64,000 nt of DNA from Flavobacteriales bacterium (GCA_043748015.1 JAYTOA010000182.1:8331-72330); one strand, 5' to 3'. Shown: positions 34,470 to 44,392, counted from the stretch's first letter. Notes: generated from the sequence alone by a model not told the origin. A program made the numbers and translations.

Positions 34470-35540
34470 TTATGCCATAATATTTTTCCATGCAATATTA
34501 CTCTCAAGATACTTTTCAACCAACCGAGGTATACCATAGTCTTTCATGCTTTGCTTGTTGATACTTAAATAGGCATAACCTTTTATCGCCTTTGCATCCT
34601 TCAATATCATTTCAATAAAAACCGCATGAATTTTACGATGTGTAAGTACATGCTTGAATACTTCGCTTACACCTGTTACTACCATTTCCTTATTTATTGA
34701 ATGCGATTTGAAAAAATCGCTGATTGCAATTTTCTCTGAAATCGATTCGTTGGTTTCAATGAGAGGAAAGTCGTAAAGGCCACGCCATATACCCTTTCCC
34801 TCGCGTCGTTTCAGATAAACATTTTCCCCATGATGAATCACAAAGTAGTAATACCAAATATTCTTGACAGATGTTTTCTTTTCCTTTAGTGGAAAATCAT
34901 TGACGCGACCACTCTTGTATGCCACACATACAGCTGCGAATGGACACGATTCACAATCCGGACTTGAAGGCCTGCATTGTATTGCACCCAACTCCATCAT
35001 TGCTTGGTTGTGCTGTCCCGGTTGGCTTTTACTGATGATTTCAGCAGCAATTTTTTCAATAACCTTTTTTCCATCTGTGGAATCCACGGGCAATTCAACG
35101 CCGAATATTCTCGACAGCACGCGCATCACGTTGCCATCTATTACAGCCACTTTTTCACCATAACAAAATGAAGCAATTGCCGCTGCTGTGTATGGACCAA
35201 CACCTTTCAATTGTTCCAATCCCTTTGCACTTTCAGGAAATTTTCCCCCATTATCATGATGAATAAATTTGGCCGAAGCATGAAGATTCCTGGCGCGACT
35301 GTAATATCCAAGCCCCTGCCACGCCTTCAATACCTCATCCTCCGTTGCATTTGCCAAATCAGAAACTGTCGGAAATAAACGAGTGAATTTGTAGTAGTAT
35401 GAAATCCCTTGATGTACACGCGTTTGCTGTAAAATGATCTCTGATAGCCACACCTTGTAAGGATCATTCGTGTGTCTCCATGGCAAATCACGCTTATTTG
35501 CTTCGTACCAATTAATAAGTCGCTGACTGAAATTTCTCAT
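34470..35540 (-). CDS. mutY: A/G-specific adenine glycosylase MutY
   Basis: The ORF is trimmed to MRNFSQRLINWYEANKRDLPWR. It has an HhH-GPD region, a 4-Cys cluster (C..C..C...C) and a C-terminal NUDIX-like domain. Confidence 0.85.
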   Translation of the reverse strand: MRNFSQRLINWYEANKRDLPWRHTNDPYKVWLSEIILQQTRVHQGISYYYKFTRLFPTVSDLANATEDEVLKAWQGLGYYSRARNLHASAKFIHHDNGGKFPESAKGLEQLKGVGPYTAAAIASFCYGEKVAVIDGNVMRVLSRIFGVELPVDSTDGKKVIEKIAAEIISKSQPGQHNQAMMELGAIQCRPSSPDCESCPFAAVCVAYKSGRVNDFPLKEKKTSVKNIWYYYFVIHHGENVYLKRREGKGIWRGLYDFPLIETNESISEKIAISDFFKSHSINKEMVVTGVSEVFKHVLTHRKIHAVFIEMILKDAKAIKGYAYLSINKQSMKDYGIPRLVEKYLESNIAWKNIMA

Positions 35541-35654
35541 TTGAATTGCAAGAATAGTCTCTGAAGATGCTCTCTCCATCAACTGCTCGGCGGCTGAAAA
35601 TGGGACCGAAGGATCTGTTAATTTTTCATTCTGTAACTTTCAGTAAAAGAAGGG

Positions 35655-35684
35655 TTTGAATTTTAGAAATCGAGAGTATATTTG
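35655..35684 (+). promoter_or_regulatory. Candidate promoter of the HU gene (-33 TTTG, -7 TATATTTG, GC-rich downstream)
   Basis: TTTG at 35655-35658 and TATATTTG at 35677-35684 are separated by 18 nt. The downstream sequence is CCGCCCCC. Confidence 0.45.
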
Positions 35685-35736
35685 CCGCCCCCAATTTGAA
35701 AAGCAATTTTTATTCACTAATAAAAAAAATAGGATA

Positions 35737-36036
35737 ATGACAAAGGCGGATATCGTGACAGAGATTTCAAATAAAACCGGAATTGACCGGAATGACGTAC
35801 TAGCAATCGTTGAAGGATTTATGGGTACAGTGAAGAATGCCATGGAGAATGGTGAGAATGTATATCTCCGTGGTTTTGGAAGTTTCATCGTGAAGAAGCG
35901 TGCAGAGAAGCTCGGGCGTAACATTCTGGCTAAGACCAGCGTGGTAATTCCGGCACATTACATCCCTGCATTCAAACCTGCGAAGGAATTCATGGATGAA
36001 GTGAAAGCTAAAGTTAAAGTTGTTGAACATGCGTAA
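35737..36036 (+). CDS. HU/IHF family DNA-binding protein
   Basis: The 99-aa frame from the ATG reads MTKADIVTEISNKTGI...VYLRGFGSF...RNILAKTSVVIPAHYIPAFKP. Confidence 0.85.
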   Translation: MTKADIVTEISNKTGIDRNDVLAIVEGFMGTVKNAMENGENVYLRGFGSFIVKKRAEKLGRNILAKTSVVIPAHYIPAFKPAKEFMDEVKAKVKVVEHA

Positions 36037-36619
36037 ACACAGGCTCTGGCTTGTTTTACTTATTTTAGGGTCCCTGGGACTCATCGTTCTTTTTTTACAA
36101 TTACCTAAACAACCACCTGCTGCAGTCGATAAGATGCAACAGATGGATCCCGATTCGCTGAAACTTCGCCAAGCCATTGATCTGGTGGAAGGAGCAAATC
36201 CCATGGAGGGTATTATGCAATTGCGTGAGTTGATTACTAAAGACTCTACGAACGTTGATGCACAATATTATCTAGGATTGTTCTCAGTGAAAAGCGGACA
36301 ATACGATAAAGCCATTGATCGCTTTAATAAAGTATTGGCGCTGCGTCCCGACGATATTAAATATCAAGTGGAAGTTGGATACCAGTTGATGGTAATGGAT
36401 AGCGCAGTACTCGCATTGCGCTGTTTCGAAAAAGGACTGGAGTTGGATTCGACAGATAACAACTCTTTGTTTTTTTCAGCTCAGGCTCTGGAACGTTTGA
36501 ACAGGCCGGCTGATGCAAAAAGAAATTACGAAACGCTTTTGAGGCACAACACGGATAGTGTAGTTGCCGAAAAGGTGAACGAATTTATAGAAGTATTAAA
36601 TAAAAAATTAATCCCGTAG
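36029..36619 (+). CDS. Tetratricopeptide-repeat membrane-anchored protein
   Basis: It has an N-terminal anchor (RLWLVLLILGSLGLIVLFL) followed by TPR-like helical repeats. It overlaps the HU stop by 8 nt (ATGCGTAA). Confidence 0.7.
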   Translation: MRKHRLWLVLLILGSLGLIVLFLQLPKQPPAAVDKMQQMDPDSLKLRQAIDLVEGANPMEGIMQLRELITKDSTNVDAQYYLGLFSVKSGQYDKAIDRFNKVLALRPDDIKYQVEVGYQLMVMDSAVLALRCFEKGLELDSTDNNSLFFSAQALERLNRPADAKRNYETLLRHNTDSVVAEKVNEFIEVLNKKLIP

Positions 36620-36623
36620 TACA

Positions 36624-36719
36624 ATGCCTTGCGGTAAAAAAAGAAAGCGCCATAAGATGGCGACCCACAAAAGAAAGAAGCGCCTTAGAAAGAATCGTCA
36701 TAAGAAGAAAGTGCGCTAG
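36624..36719 (+). CDS. 31-aa Lys/Arg-rich peptide resembling AURKAIP1/COX24-like (bS22-type) small ribosomal proteins
   Basis: It is absent from the ORF track because it is under 60 aa. My translation is MPCGKKRKRHKMATHKRKKRLRKNRHKKKVR*. It sits in the 166-nt gap between the TPR gene and rng. Confidence 0.6.
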   Translation: MPCGKKRKRHKMATHKRKKRLRKNRHKKKVR

Positions 36720-36785
36720 GATCTTCGCGGGATTTCAACGTGGGAATGTTTCATTGCCACGCTGAATCACGCACCCATAGGGTGA

Positions 36786-38387
36786 ATGCTTTTGCATTCC
36801 CCTGTTTTTCATTTTCCAAATATTCCCTTCTTGACAGGCAACATCGAACTTGTTATTAACGCTACTCCAACTGGAGTGGAAATTGCTTTGCTCAAAGAGA
36901 AAGTATTGATTGAACTGCATCACGAACACCGTAATCAGGAGTATGCAGTCGGCGATATCTATTATGGCAAGGTGAAAAAAATCCTGCCGCATCTCAATGC
37001 TTGCTTCGTGGATGTTGGTTATAGTAAGGATGCATTTCTTCATTACCTGGATCTCGGTCCTCAATTCGCCTCGCTGAATTCTTTCAGCAGAAGAACAGCA
37101 AATGGCGAACAAAAAAGTTCTGATCTCATGAACTTTCCGGGTCTTGCTGACATCAAGAAGGAAGGGAAAATCAAAGACGTAGTAGGACAAGGTTATGCGA
37201 TTCCGGTGCAAGTTGCGAAGGAACCCATCTCTCAGAAAGGTCCGCGACTCACAGCTGAAATTACTTTGGCCGGTCGTTATCTGGTTCTTGTTCCATTCTC
37301 TAATAAAGTTTCTCTTTCGGGTAAAATCACCGAAGAGACCGAGCGCGAGCGCTTACGTAAGTTGATGCACAGCATTCGTCCGGCTAGCATGGGTGTGATT
37401 ATTCGCACGCAAGCCGAAGGCACGAGCGTTTCAGAACTCGATCAGGATTTACAAGATCTAGTGAAACGTTGGGATGAGATGTACAAGAACATGAAGACGG
37501 CGCGCCCTCCGCAGCGTATTCTTGGTGAGATCAACAAGACATCCTCTATCTTGCGTGATATCCTCAACGAGAATTTCACTGCGATTCATGTCAACGATGA
37601 ACAGATACAGTCTGAGATTAAGACTTATCTCAAAACGTTCAATCACGAGGAAAGCATCGTTAAGATGCATAAGATTCCGGACCTCTTTGATACTTTCAAT
37701 GTTTATCGACAGATCAAACAGAGCTTTGCCAAACAAGTGAATCTGAAAAGTGGTGCTTACTTAATTGTGGAGCACACGGAAGCTATGCACGTGATCGACG
37801 TGAACAGCGGTAATAGAAAAAATTCTACTGTCATCAATCAGGAAGACAACGCGTTCCAAACGAATATGGAATGCGCGAAAGAAATAGCGCGACTACTCAG
37901 ACTGCGCGATATGGGCGGAATTATCTGCATCGACTTTATCGATATGCAGAACAAAGACCACCAGAAAAAACTGAGTGATGTTCTTCGCGATACGATGAAA
38001 GAAGACAAGGCGAAACACAATGTTTTGCCTCCAAGCAGATTCGGTGTTGTGGAAATTACGCGTGAGCGCGTGAAGCCTGTTACAAAGGTGATCACTACAG
38101 AAAAATGTCCGAGCTGCGATGGAAAAGGTACCGTGCAATCGTCTCTTCTTTTCACGGAAGAAATTGAGAACAGCGTTCGTTTCCTGATGGAAGAAGGTCG
38201 TCACAAAGAGATCAAACTCCTCGTGCATCCTATGGTGGAGGCTTATCTCAACCGCGGAATTTTCAGTAGTATTTCCAAAACATGGAGAAAGAAATACAAA
38301 ATGAAATTAACGGTGGAAGCTTCTTCTAATTCTGCATTCCTCGAGTATCATATTTATGATAAAGAAGGAGAAGAGGTGAATTTCTAA
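36786..38387 (+). CDS. rng: Rne/Rng family ribonuclease (RNase G/E)
   Basis: It has an S1 domain (GDIYYGKVKKILPHLNACFVDVGY), a catalytic core (VIDVNSG) and a Zn-link CPSCDGKG. The true start may be the TTG at 36831. Confidence 0.85.
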   Translation: MLLHSPVFHFPNIPFLTGNIELVINATPTGVEIALLKEKVLIELHHEHRNQEYAVGDIYYGKVKKILPHLNACFVDVGYSKDAFLHYLDLGPQFASLNSFSRRTANGEQKSSDLMNFPGLADIKKEGKIKDVVGQGYAIPVQVAKEPISQKGPRLTAEITLAGRYLVLVPFSNKVSLSGKITEETERERLRKLMHSIRPASMGVIIRTQAEGTSVSELDQDLQDLVKRWDEMYKNMKTARPPQRILGEINKTSSILRDILNENFTAIHVNDEQIQSEIKTYLKTFNHEESIVKMHKIPDLFDTFNVYRQIKQSFAKQVNLKSGAYLIVEHTEAMHVIDVNSGNRKNSTVINQEDNAFQTNMECAKEIARLLRLRDMGGIICIDFIDMQNKDHQKKLSDVLRDTMKEDKAKHNVLPPSRFGVVEITRERVKPVTKVITTEKCPSCDGKGTVQSSLLFTEEIENSVRFLMEEGRHKEIKLLVHPMVEAYLNRGIFSSISKTWRKKYKMKLTVEASSNSAFLEYHIYDKEGEEVNF

Positions 38388-38420
38388 AAGATTTCACTCA
38401 CCGTTTTTCTTTACACTTTA

Positions 38421-39080
38421 CTAAAACAGAAATTCAAAGCCCAACATAGCGTTCGTGGAATTGAATTTTCTCGTGGTATTTTCAAGACGCAATGCATTAG
38501 TGATTCCCAACATATTGGTAAAGTCCAGATTAATACGAATTGTCTTGGCTACAGGATAAGAAAATCCAATTCCCGCAGCTATTCCTATATCTGTTTTTTC
38601 AGTACTCGAAGTGAAATCCAAATAAGATCCTGGTATAAACTCTCCTGATTGCATCAGTGAATAACTTCGGTAATTGTATGCACCATAACCGCCGGCAAAA
38701 ACCCTAAAATATTTTCTTGAGCCAAAAGATTTCTCCAACAAGGCAGAAAGTGAAACATATTCCATCCGCATCAAAAATGGAGACTTAGAAATAACAGCGC
38801 CGGTTTCATTGGTCCATGTAATTTCATCCTGCATGCCTTGCACAAGTTGCTGAACCTGCATACGCGCTGATAAACCGTGAGTAAATGCTCTCTTGTATCC
38901 GAGTGAATTCGTGTAAGTGATTGATGGTTCGAAAACATCCTTAATCAAGTCATTTCCCCGGAACAAACTGTAATTTGCTCCAGCGAGGAAGTAAATACTG
39001 TTGGATAGACTGTCTTGTGCTTTGGCGTCCGACATCATAAACACGAACAGTAAGGCTGTTATTGGTGTAATTGATTTCAT
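38421..39080 (-). CDS. Outer membrane beta-barrel protein
   Basis: It has a signal peptide (MKSITPITALLFVFMMSDAKAQ), alternating beta-strand patterns and a C-terminal aromatic residue (FEFLF). Confidence 0.6.
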   Translation of the reverse strand: MKSITPITALLFVFMMSDAKAQDSLSNSIYFLAGANYSLFRGNDLIKDVFEPSITYTNSLGYKRAFTHGLSARMQVQQLVQGMQDEITWTNETGAVISKSPFLMRMEYVSLSALLEKSFGSRKYFRVFAGGYGAYNYRSYSLMQSGEFIPGSYLDFTSSTEKTDIGIAAGIGFSYPVAKTIRINLDFTNMLGITNALRLENTTRKFNSTNAMLGFEFLF

Positions 39081-39108
39081 AGTATTGCGAAACTTTCCGT
39101 AACTAAAC

Positions 39109-40329
39109 TTATTTAACGTAAGCGATAAAGAATTTCTCCTCCAGCTTATTCAATGATGTAATGTTGAGGTGATCACTCACCATCGAAGCACCTTTCACTG
39201 TTCCATCTTTCATCAAAATCTTGATCGACTCACTTTGTGAATTGTATGCACGATTGTCAACGCTGGTGCTGATGACAAAATACGCCGCTTCATCATGACT
39301 CAACCTTAAACGCTCGGCAATACGTGTGATGTGATTCTCCACAACATCTTTTCCAACTGCTGATTGATGCAATTCGATCTTGAATAAATCACGTCGAATA
39401 ATTTTTTTCGACAACAATGAAAGAACAGTATCAGGATGATTCTGCCAAACCTTCATTGCTCCGGTCACGTCGAAGTCGTCCAGCTCTGCGTAAAACTCGA
39501 GCGCGTGTCGATCGTTTTTGAAATCTGCTGCTGACACAGAGTTGTAGAGAAAATATTCCAATGCCGGCGAGCAAAATAATTTTTCTCCTTTCGAAGCCAG
39601 TTCACGCGCTCTGCGCAATGCGTTTACCAGCATGAACTCCGCACTCAATACAGTCTTGTGGAAATACACTTGCCAATACATGAACCTGCGGGCAACAATA
39701 AATTTCTCGATGCTATAGATTCCTTTTTCTTCCACCACCAGCTCATCGTTGTGTACGTCGAGCATCTTCAGAATGCGCTCACTTCCTACTTGTCCCTCCA
39801 CTACTCCACTGAAAAAACTATCGCGTGCGAGGTAGTCGAGGCGATCCATATCCAGCTGACTACTCACGAGTTGGTGAAGAAATTTCTTGTGATAGCGGTT
39901 GTTGAATATTTCGATGGTCATGGACAATTGTCCTTCAAACTCCACATTAAGTTGTTCCATCATCAGTGTGGAAATATGCTCGTGGTGCATGGCATTGGCG
40001 ATAGAATATTCGAGAGCATGACTAAAAGGTCCATGTCCGATATCATGCAAAAGCACGGCGGCGAGAAGGCTCACCTCTTCTTGTGCAGTGATGTCGTTTT
40101 CTTTCAATCGAAGCTCGTCAATTGCATTTTGCATCAAATGCATTGCTCCGATAGCATGCTGATATCTGTTGTGCAAAGCGCCGGGATAAACGAGATGCGA
40201 CAACCCAAGTTGCGCAATTCTCCTCAATCGTTGAAACCAGGGATGATCGATCAGCTCAAGGATGAACGTATGTCTGATGGTTATAAATCCATAGACCGGA
40301 TCGTTGATGATTTTACGCTTTGTTTTCAA
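39109..40329 (-). CDS. HD-domain phosphohydrolase (dNTP triphosphohydrolase-like)
   Basis: The 406-aa ORF contains RYQHAIGAMH...LLHDIGHGPFSH...DMDRLDYLARD. It uses a TTG start. Confidence 0.75.
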   Translation of the reverse strand: MKTKRKIINDPVYGFITIRHTFILELIDHPWFQRLRRIAQLGLSHLVYPGALHNRYQHAIGAMHLMQNAIDELRLKENDITAQEEVSLLAAVLLHDIGHGPFSHALEYSIANAMHHEHISTLMMEQLNVEFEGQLSMTIEIFNNRYHKKFLHQLVSSQLDMDRLDYLARDSFFSGVVEGQVGSERILKMLDVHNDELVVEEKGIYSIEKFIVARRFMYWQVYFHKTVLSAEFMLVNALRRARELASKGEKLFCSPALEYFLYNSVSAADFKNDRHALEFYAELDDFDVTGAMKVWQNHPDTVLSLLSKKIIRRDLFKIELHQSAVGKDVVENHITRIAERLRLSHDEAAYFVISTSVDNRAYNSQSESIKILMKDGTVKGASMVSDHLNITSLNKLEEKFFIAYVK

Positions 40330-40454
40330 ATGAATTCGAGAATATTATGTGTTGTCAAAAATATTCATCCATTCACACAGTTACCTTATATAATCCCTTA
40401 ATCTGCTCATCGTAGCTTTGAGCACATATTTAGCTACCAACAAAACTCTCGTGA

Positions 40455-42008
40455 ATGTCAAATGAACGAATACTCTGGGCCGATGATGAAATCGACCTGC
40501 TCAAACCTCATATTCTTTTCTTACAACAAAAAGGTTACGAGGTAGTAACCGTCAACAATGGCGTTGACGCCATAGAAAACGTACGAAAGCAGGTTTTCGA
40601 TATTGTCTTCCTCGACGAAAATATGCCCGGCGTAACAGGACTTACTGCTCTTACAAAGATTAAAGAAATTGATCCTTCGCTTCCTGTGATCATGATCACC
40701 AAGAGTGAAGAAGAACATATCATGGAAGATGCCATCGGATCGAAAATTTCCGATTACCTCATCAAACCCGTTAATCCGAATCAGATTCTTCTTTCACTGA
40801 AAAAACACCTTGATGAAAAAAGATTGGTCAGTGAAAAAACAACCAGCGATTACCGTCAGGAATTTCGCGAAATCTCTATGCGCCTCAGCGATAGAATGGA
40901 CGCAGAAGAATGGGGTGAATTCTACAAAAAATTGGTGCGTTGGAGCATGGAACTTTCAACGACACAAGATGAAGGCATGGCGGAAATCTTTCGGTCACAG
41001 CGTATGGAAGCGAATGAGCAATTCTCCAAGTTCATCAAGAACAATTATCTGGCTTGGCTGAAGAATCAAAACAGTCCTCCCGTTCTTTCACACACACTTG
41101 TAAAAACCAAAGTTGCTCCGATCTTGAAAGCGGGAAGCGAAACGGTGTTCATGTTAGTGATCGACAATCTGCGCTTTGACCAGTGGCGCGTGATTCAACC
41201 CAAGCTGAAAGAATATTTCAGATCTGAATCTGAAGAACTTTTCTACGCCATACTTCCAACCGCAACACAATATGCGCGTAATGCCATCTTCGCGGGATTG
41301 ATGCCGAGTGATATTGAAAAGACGATGCCCAACTTGTGGGTAGGCGAAGACGATGAAGGCGGAAAGAATTTGCACGAGGAGGAATTGATGGCGTCGCAGC
41401 TCAAGCGTTTGGGCTTTGATATCAAGTGGAGTTACAACAAGATCACCAACCTGAACGCAGGAAAAAAACTGAACGATTCGTTTTCGAATTTGATGAACAA
41501 CAAACTGAATGTGATCGTTTACAATTTCGTGGACATGCTCAGCCACGCGCGCACGGAGATGGAAGTCATTAAAGAACTGGCGGATGATGAACCGGCGTAC
41601 TTGAGCATTACATCTTCATGGTTTGACCACTCACCTTTGCTCGATATTCTCAAAAAAGTTTCGGAAAACAATTGCACGCTCATCATCACCACCGACCACG
41701 GCACAGTGCGTGTTGAGAATCCGGTGAAGGTGATTGGCGACAGAAATACGAACTCCAACCTTCGTTACAAAGCAGGAAAAAACCTGAACTACAACGCCAA
41801 GGAAGTTTTTGAAGTGCGCAATCCAAGTGATGCGTTTCTTCCTAAAACAAATGTGAGCACGTCATACATCTTCGCACAGAAGAATGACTTTTTTGTTTAC
41901 CCCAACAACTACAACCAGTTCGTCAACCTTTATCAGAATACTTTTCAGCACGGCGGTATTTCGATGGAAGAAGTGATGATTCCTTTTTGTGTGTTGAGGT
42001 CGAAGTAG
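40455..42008 (+). CDS. porX: PorX-type response regulator (CheY receiver fused to a PglZ/alkaline-phosphatase-like domain)
   Basis: The 517-aa ORF has the receiver ILWADDEIDLLKPHILFLQQKGY...FLDENMPG...DYLIKPV, followed by a PglZ-like domain. Length and architecture match PorX. Confidence 0.75.
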   Translation: MSNERILWADDEIDLLKPHILFLQQKGYEVVTVNNGVDAIENVRKQVFDIVFLDENMPGVTGLTALTKIKEIDPSLPVIMITKSEEEHIMEDAIGSKISDYLIKPVNPNQILLSLKKHLDEKRLVSEKTTSDYRQEFREISMRLSDRMDAEEWGEFYKKLVRWSMELSTTQDEGMAEIFRSQRMEANEQFSKFIKNNYLAWLKNQNSPPVLSHTLVKTKVAPILKAGSETVFMLVIDNLRFDQWRVIQPKLKEYFRSESEELFYAILPTATQYARNAIFAGLMPSDIEKTMPNLWVGEDDEGGKNLHEEELMASQLKRLGFDIKWSYNKITNLNAGKKLNDSFSNLMNNKLNVIVYNFVDMLSHARTEMEVIKELADDEPAYLSITSSWFDHSPLLDILKKVSENNCTLIITTDHGTVRVENPVKVIGDRNTNSNLRYKAGKNLNYNAKEVFEVRNPSDAFLPKTNVSTSYIFAQKNDFFVYPNNYNQFVNLYQNTFQHGGISMEEVMIPFCVLRSK

Positions 42009-42112
42009 AAACTGCTGTAATAGGTATTTTCAAATCCGATTTTCACCGTTCATAATATTCGCTCCGGCGATATAGAACGTCTATTTTACATTAGTCGCAA
42101 ATTCACCACAAC

Positions 42113-44263
42113 ATGAAATCAAATTTGATGCTCACTTTCTGTGCTGTCGCTGTAACATTTGCTTCCTGCAACGAAACAGCGAAAGCGCCTACTGTAACTC
42201 CTCTTATGAAAATTGCACAATACCCAACGACAGCCAAACAAGACAACGAACTCGATTTTTTCGGGACGAAAGTGAACGACCCTTACATGTGGTTGGAAGA
42301 TGATACGAGCGCACAGACTGGTGCGTGGGTGGATGCACAAATTGCAACGACACGCGGTTATCTCGACAGTATTCCATTTCGCGATAAGATTGAAGCGCGC
42401 TTCCGTGATCTTTTCAATTTTGAAAAAGTAGGCGCGCCGATGAAAGTGGGCGATTATTATTTCATCTTCAAAAACTCCGGACTTGAAGCACAGGGAAAAT
42501 ATTTTGTGCGCAAAGGTCTTGAAGGAACAGACGAACTTTTCCTCGACATCAACACGATTGCGGAAGGTGGATTGGCTTCCGCACAACTTCTAGGTGCGGA
42601 TGACGAGAACCGATACATGGCGGTGAACATCAACGAAGCGGGTAGCGATTGGAGTCGCATCGTGGTGTATGATGTAGTGACGAAAAAACAAATGACAGAC
42701 AGACTCGACTGGGTGAAATTCAGCGGTGCTGCCTGGTACAAAGATGGTTTCTACTACAGCCGTTATCCGCAACCTGAAAAAGGTACGGAGCTGAGTGGTG
42801 ACAATAAAAATCACATGGTGTATTACCACAAAATTGGCACGCCACAAAGTGCAGATGAGTTGATCTACAGCGATCCAAAAAGACCGGATATGTATCACAA
42901 CGTTTCTCTCACTGAGGACAAAAAATTTATATTCCTCGTTGCTGCACCGGGAACAGACACGTACGAAGTGTGGTATAAAAATCCGGCTGACAAAGCCGCG
43001 AAGTTCACTCCACTTTTTACGGATGACAAGCACCACACTTATCCTATCGAAAATACAGCAGACGGCATGCTCATCGTGAAGACGGATGTGGATGCGCCAA
43101 ATTCAAGATTGGTTTTGGTGGATCCAAAAAATCCTACACCGGCCAACTGGAAAGAAATTATTCCTACATCCACCAATTTGCTTGAAAGTGTTTCAACCTG
43201 CGGTGGTAAACTTTTCCTGAGTTACCTCGACAAAGCCAACACGCGCATTTTCGTTTGCAACTACGACGGCAGCGACAAAAAAGAAATCGCCATGCCGGAC
43301 AAAACAGGATCTGCAGGTGGTTTCGGCGGAAAGAAAGATGAAACGTACTGTTTCTACTCTTTCACCTCCTTCACTTATCCAAGTGTGATTTTCAAATATG
43401 ATATTGCAACAGGTGTGAGCACGGAGTACTACAAGATCAATGTGAAATTCAATCCTTCAGATTATGAAAGCAAGCAGGTGATGTACAAAAGCAAAGACGG
43501 AACGGAAGTGCCGATGTTTATCGTTCACAAAAAAGGTTTGAAAATGGATGGCAACAATCCGACATTGCTTTATAGCTATGGCGGATTCTCTATTGCCATG
43601 CAACCTGGCTTCTCTTCTTCGCGCATTATTCTTCTTGAAAACGGTGGTGTATTCGCGATGCCTTGCATCCGTGGTGGAAATGAATTTGGTGAAGACTGGC
43701 ACAAAGGAGGCATGCTCGATAAAAAGCAAAATGTGTTTGATGATTTTATCGCGGCTGCAGAATACCTCATCAAAGAAAAATACACGAGCAATCAAAAACT
43801 CGCGATACAAGGTGGATCGAATGGTGGTCTTCTAGTTGGTGCGTGCATGACGCAACGACCTGATCTTTTCAAAGTGGCGTTCCCCGAAGTGGGCGTGCTC
43901 GACATGTTGCGCTTCCATCGCTTCACTGTCGGCAAAGGATGGATTCCGGAATACGGATGTGCGGATAGTTCAAAAACGCAATTTGATTTTCTATATAAAT
44001 ATTCGCCTTATCACAATCTAAAAGCCGGTACAAATTATCCTGCAACGATGGTGATGACGGCAGATCACGATGATCGTGTTGTTCCTGCACACAGTTTCAA
44101 ATTTGCCGCGCGACTTCAAGAATTTCACAAAGGCGACAATCCTGTTTTGATACGCATTGAAAAAAGCGCCGGACATGGTGCAGGTATGAGCACCGATCAG
44201 GTGATCAAAGCGACTGCGGATAGGTATGCGTTTTTCTTTTATAATCTAGGGGTTAGGATTTAG
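42113..44263 (+). CDS. Prolyl oligopeptidase (S9A serine peptidase)
   Basis: The 716-aa ORF has a lipoprotein-type signal, a beta-propeller and a catalytic domain with GGSNGGLLVGA (Ser), DDRV (Asp) and GHG (His). Confidence 0.9.
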   Translation: MKSNLMLTFCAVAVTFASCNETAKAPTVTPLMKIAQYPTTAKQDNELDFFGTKVNDPYMWLEDDTSAQTGAWVDAQIATTRGYLDSIPFRDKIEARFRDLFNFEKVGAPMKVGDYYFIFKNSGLEAQGKYFVRKGLEGTDELFLDINTIAEGGLASAQLLGADDENRYMAVNINEAGSDWSRIVVYDVVTKKQMTDRLDWVKFSGAAWYKDGFYYSRYPQPEKGTELSGDNKNHMVYYHKIGTPQSADELIYSDPKRPDMYHNVSLTEDKKFIFLVAAPGTDTYEVWYKNPADKAAKFTPLFTDDKHHTYPIENTADGMLIVKTDVDAPNSRLVLVDPKNPTPANWKEIIPTSTNLLESVSTCGGKLFLSYLDKANTRIFVCNYDGSDKKEIAMPDKTGSAGGFGGKKDETYCFYSFTSFTYPSVIFKYDIATGVSTEYYKINVKFNPSDYESKQVMYKSKDGTEVPMFIVHKKGLKMDGNNPTLLYSYGGFSIAMQPGFSSSRIILLENGGVFAMPCIRGGNEFGEDWHKGGMLDKKQNVFDDFIAAAEYLIKEKYTSNQKLAIQGGSNGGLLVGACMTQRPDLFKVAFPEVGVLDMLRFHRFTVGKGWIPEYGCADSSKTQFDFLYKYSPYHNLKAGTNYPATMVMTADHDDRVVPAHSFKFAARLQEFHKGDNPVLIRIEKSAGHGAGMSTDQVIKATADRYAFFFYNLGVRI

Positions 44264-44392
44264 GAATTAGGATTTATGTGAGGTATTGGGTAGTTGGAAT
44301 TGGGAATTGGGAGTGTTGATGAGGACTCAATATTTTGAGTTCCGGCTATTCTTGAAAGTCAAATAGCCCTAATTGAATTTTGGAAAGTTCTT

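Noticed and set aside
36735-37211. A 158-aa minus-strand ORF overlapping the start of rng.
   Set aside because: It is the shadow of the well-supported RNase G/E gene and has no motifs.
39109-40329. The HD-domain dNTPase-like protein might be an anti-phage dNTP-depletion enzyme.
   Set aside because: It is a single gene in a housekeeping neighbourhood, with no mobile or defence context. Similar HD proteins are, from memory, widely conserved in the phylum.
40455-42008. The PglZ domain might indicate a BREX-type phage-defence component.
   Set aside because: The domain is fused to a CheY receiver in the exact PorX architecture. No BREX partners (methyltransferase, BrxC ATPase, BrxL) are nearby.
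44281-44310. GGG runs in the C-free tract might form a G-quadruplex.
   Set aside because: Only three closely spaced GGG runs are present, and the fourth is about 35 nt away. This is too loose for a confident G4 call.
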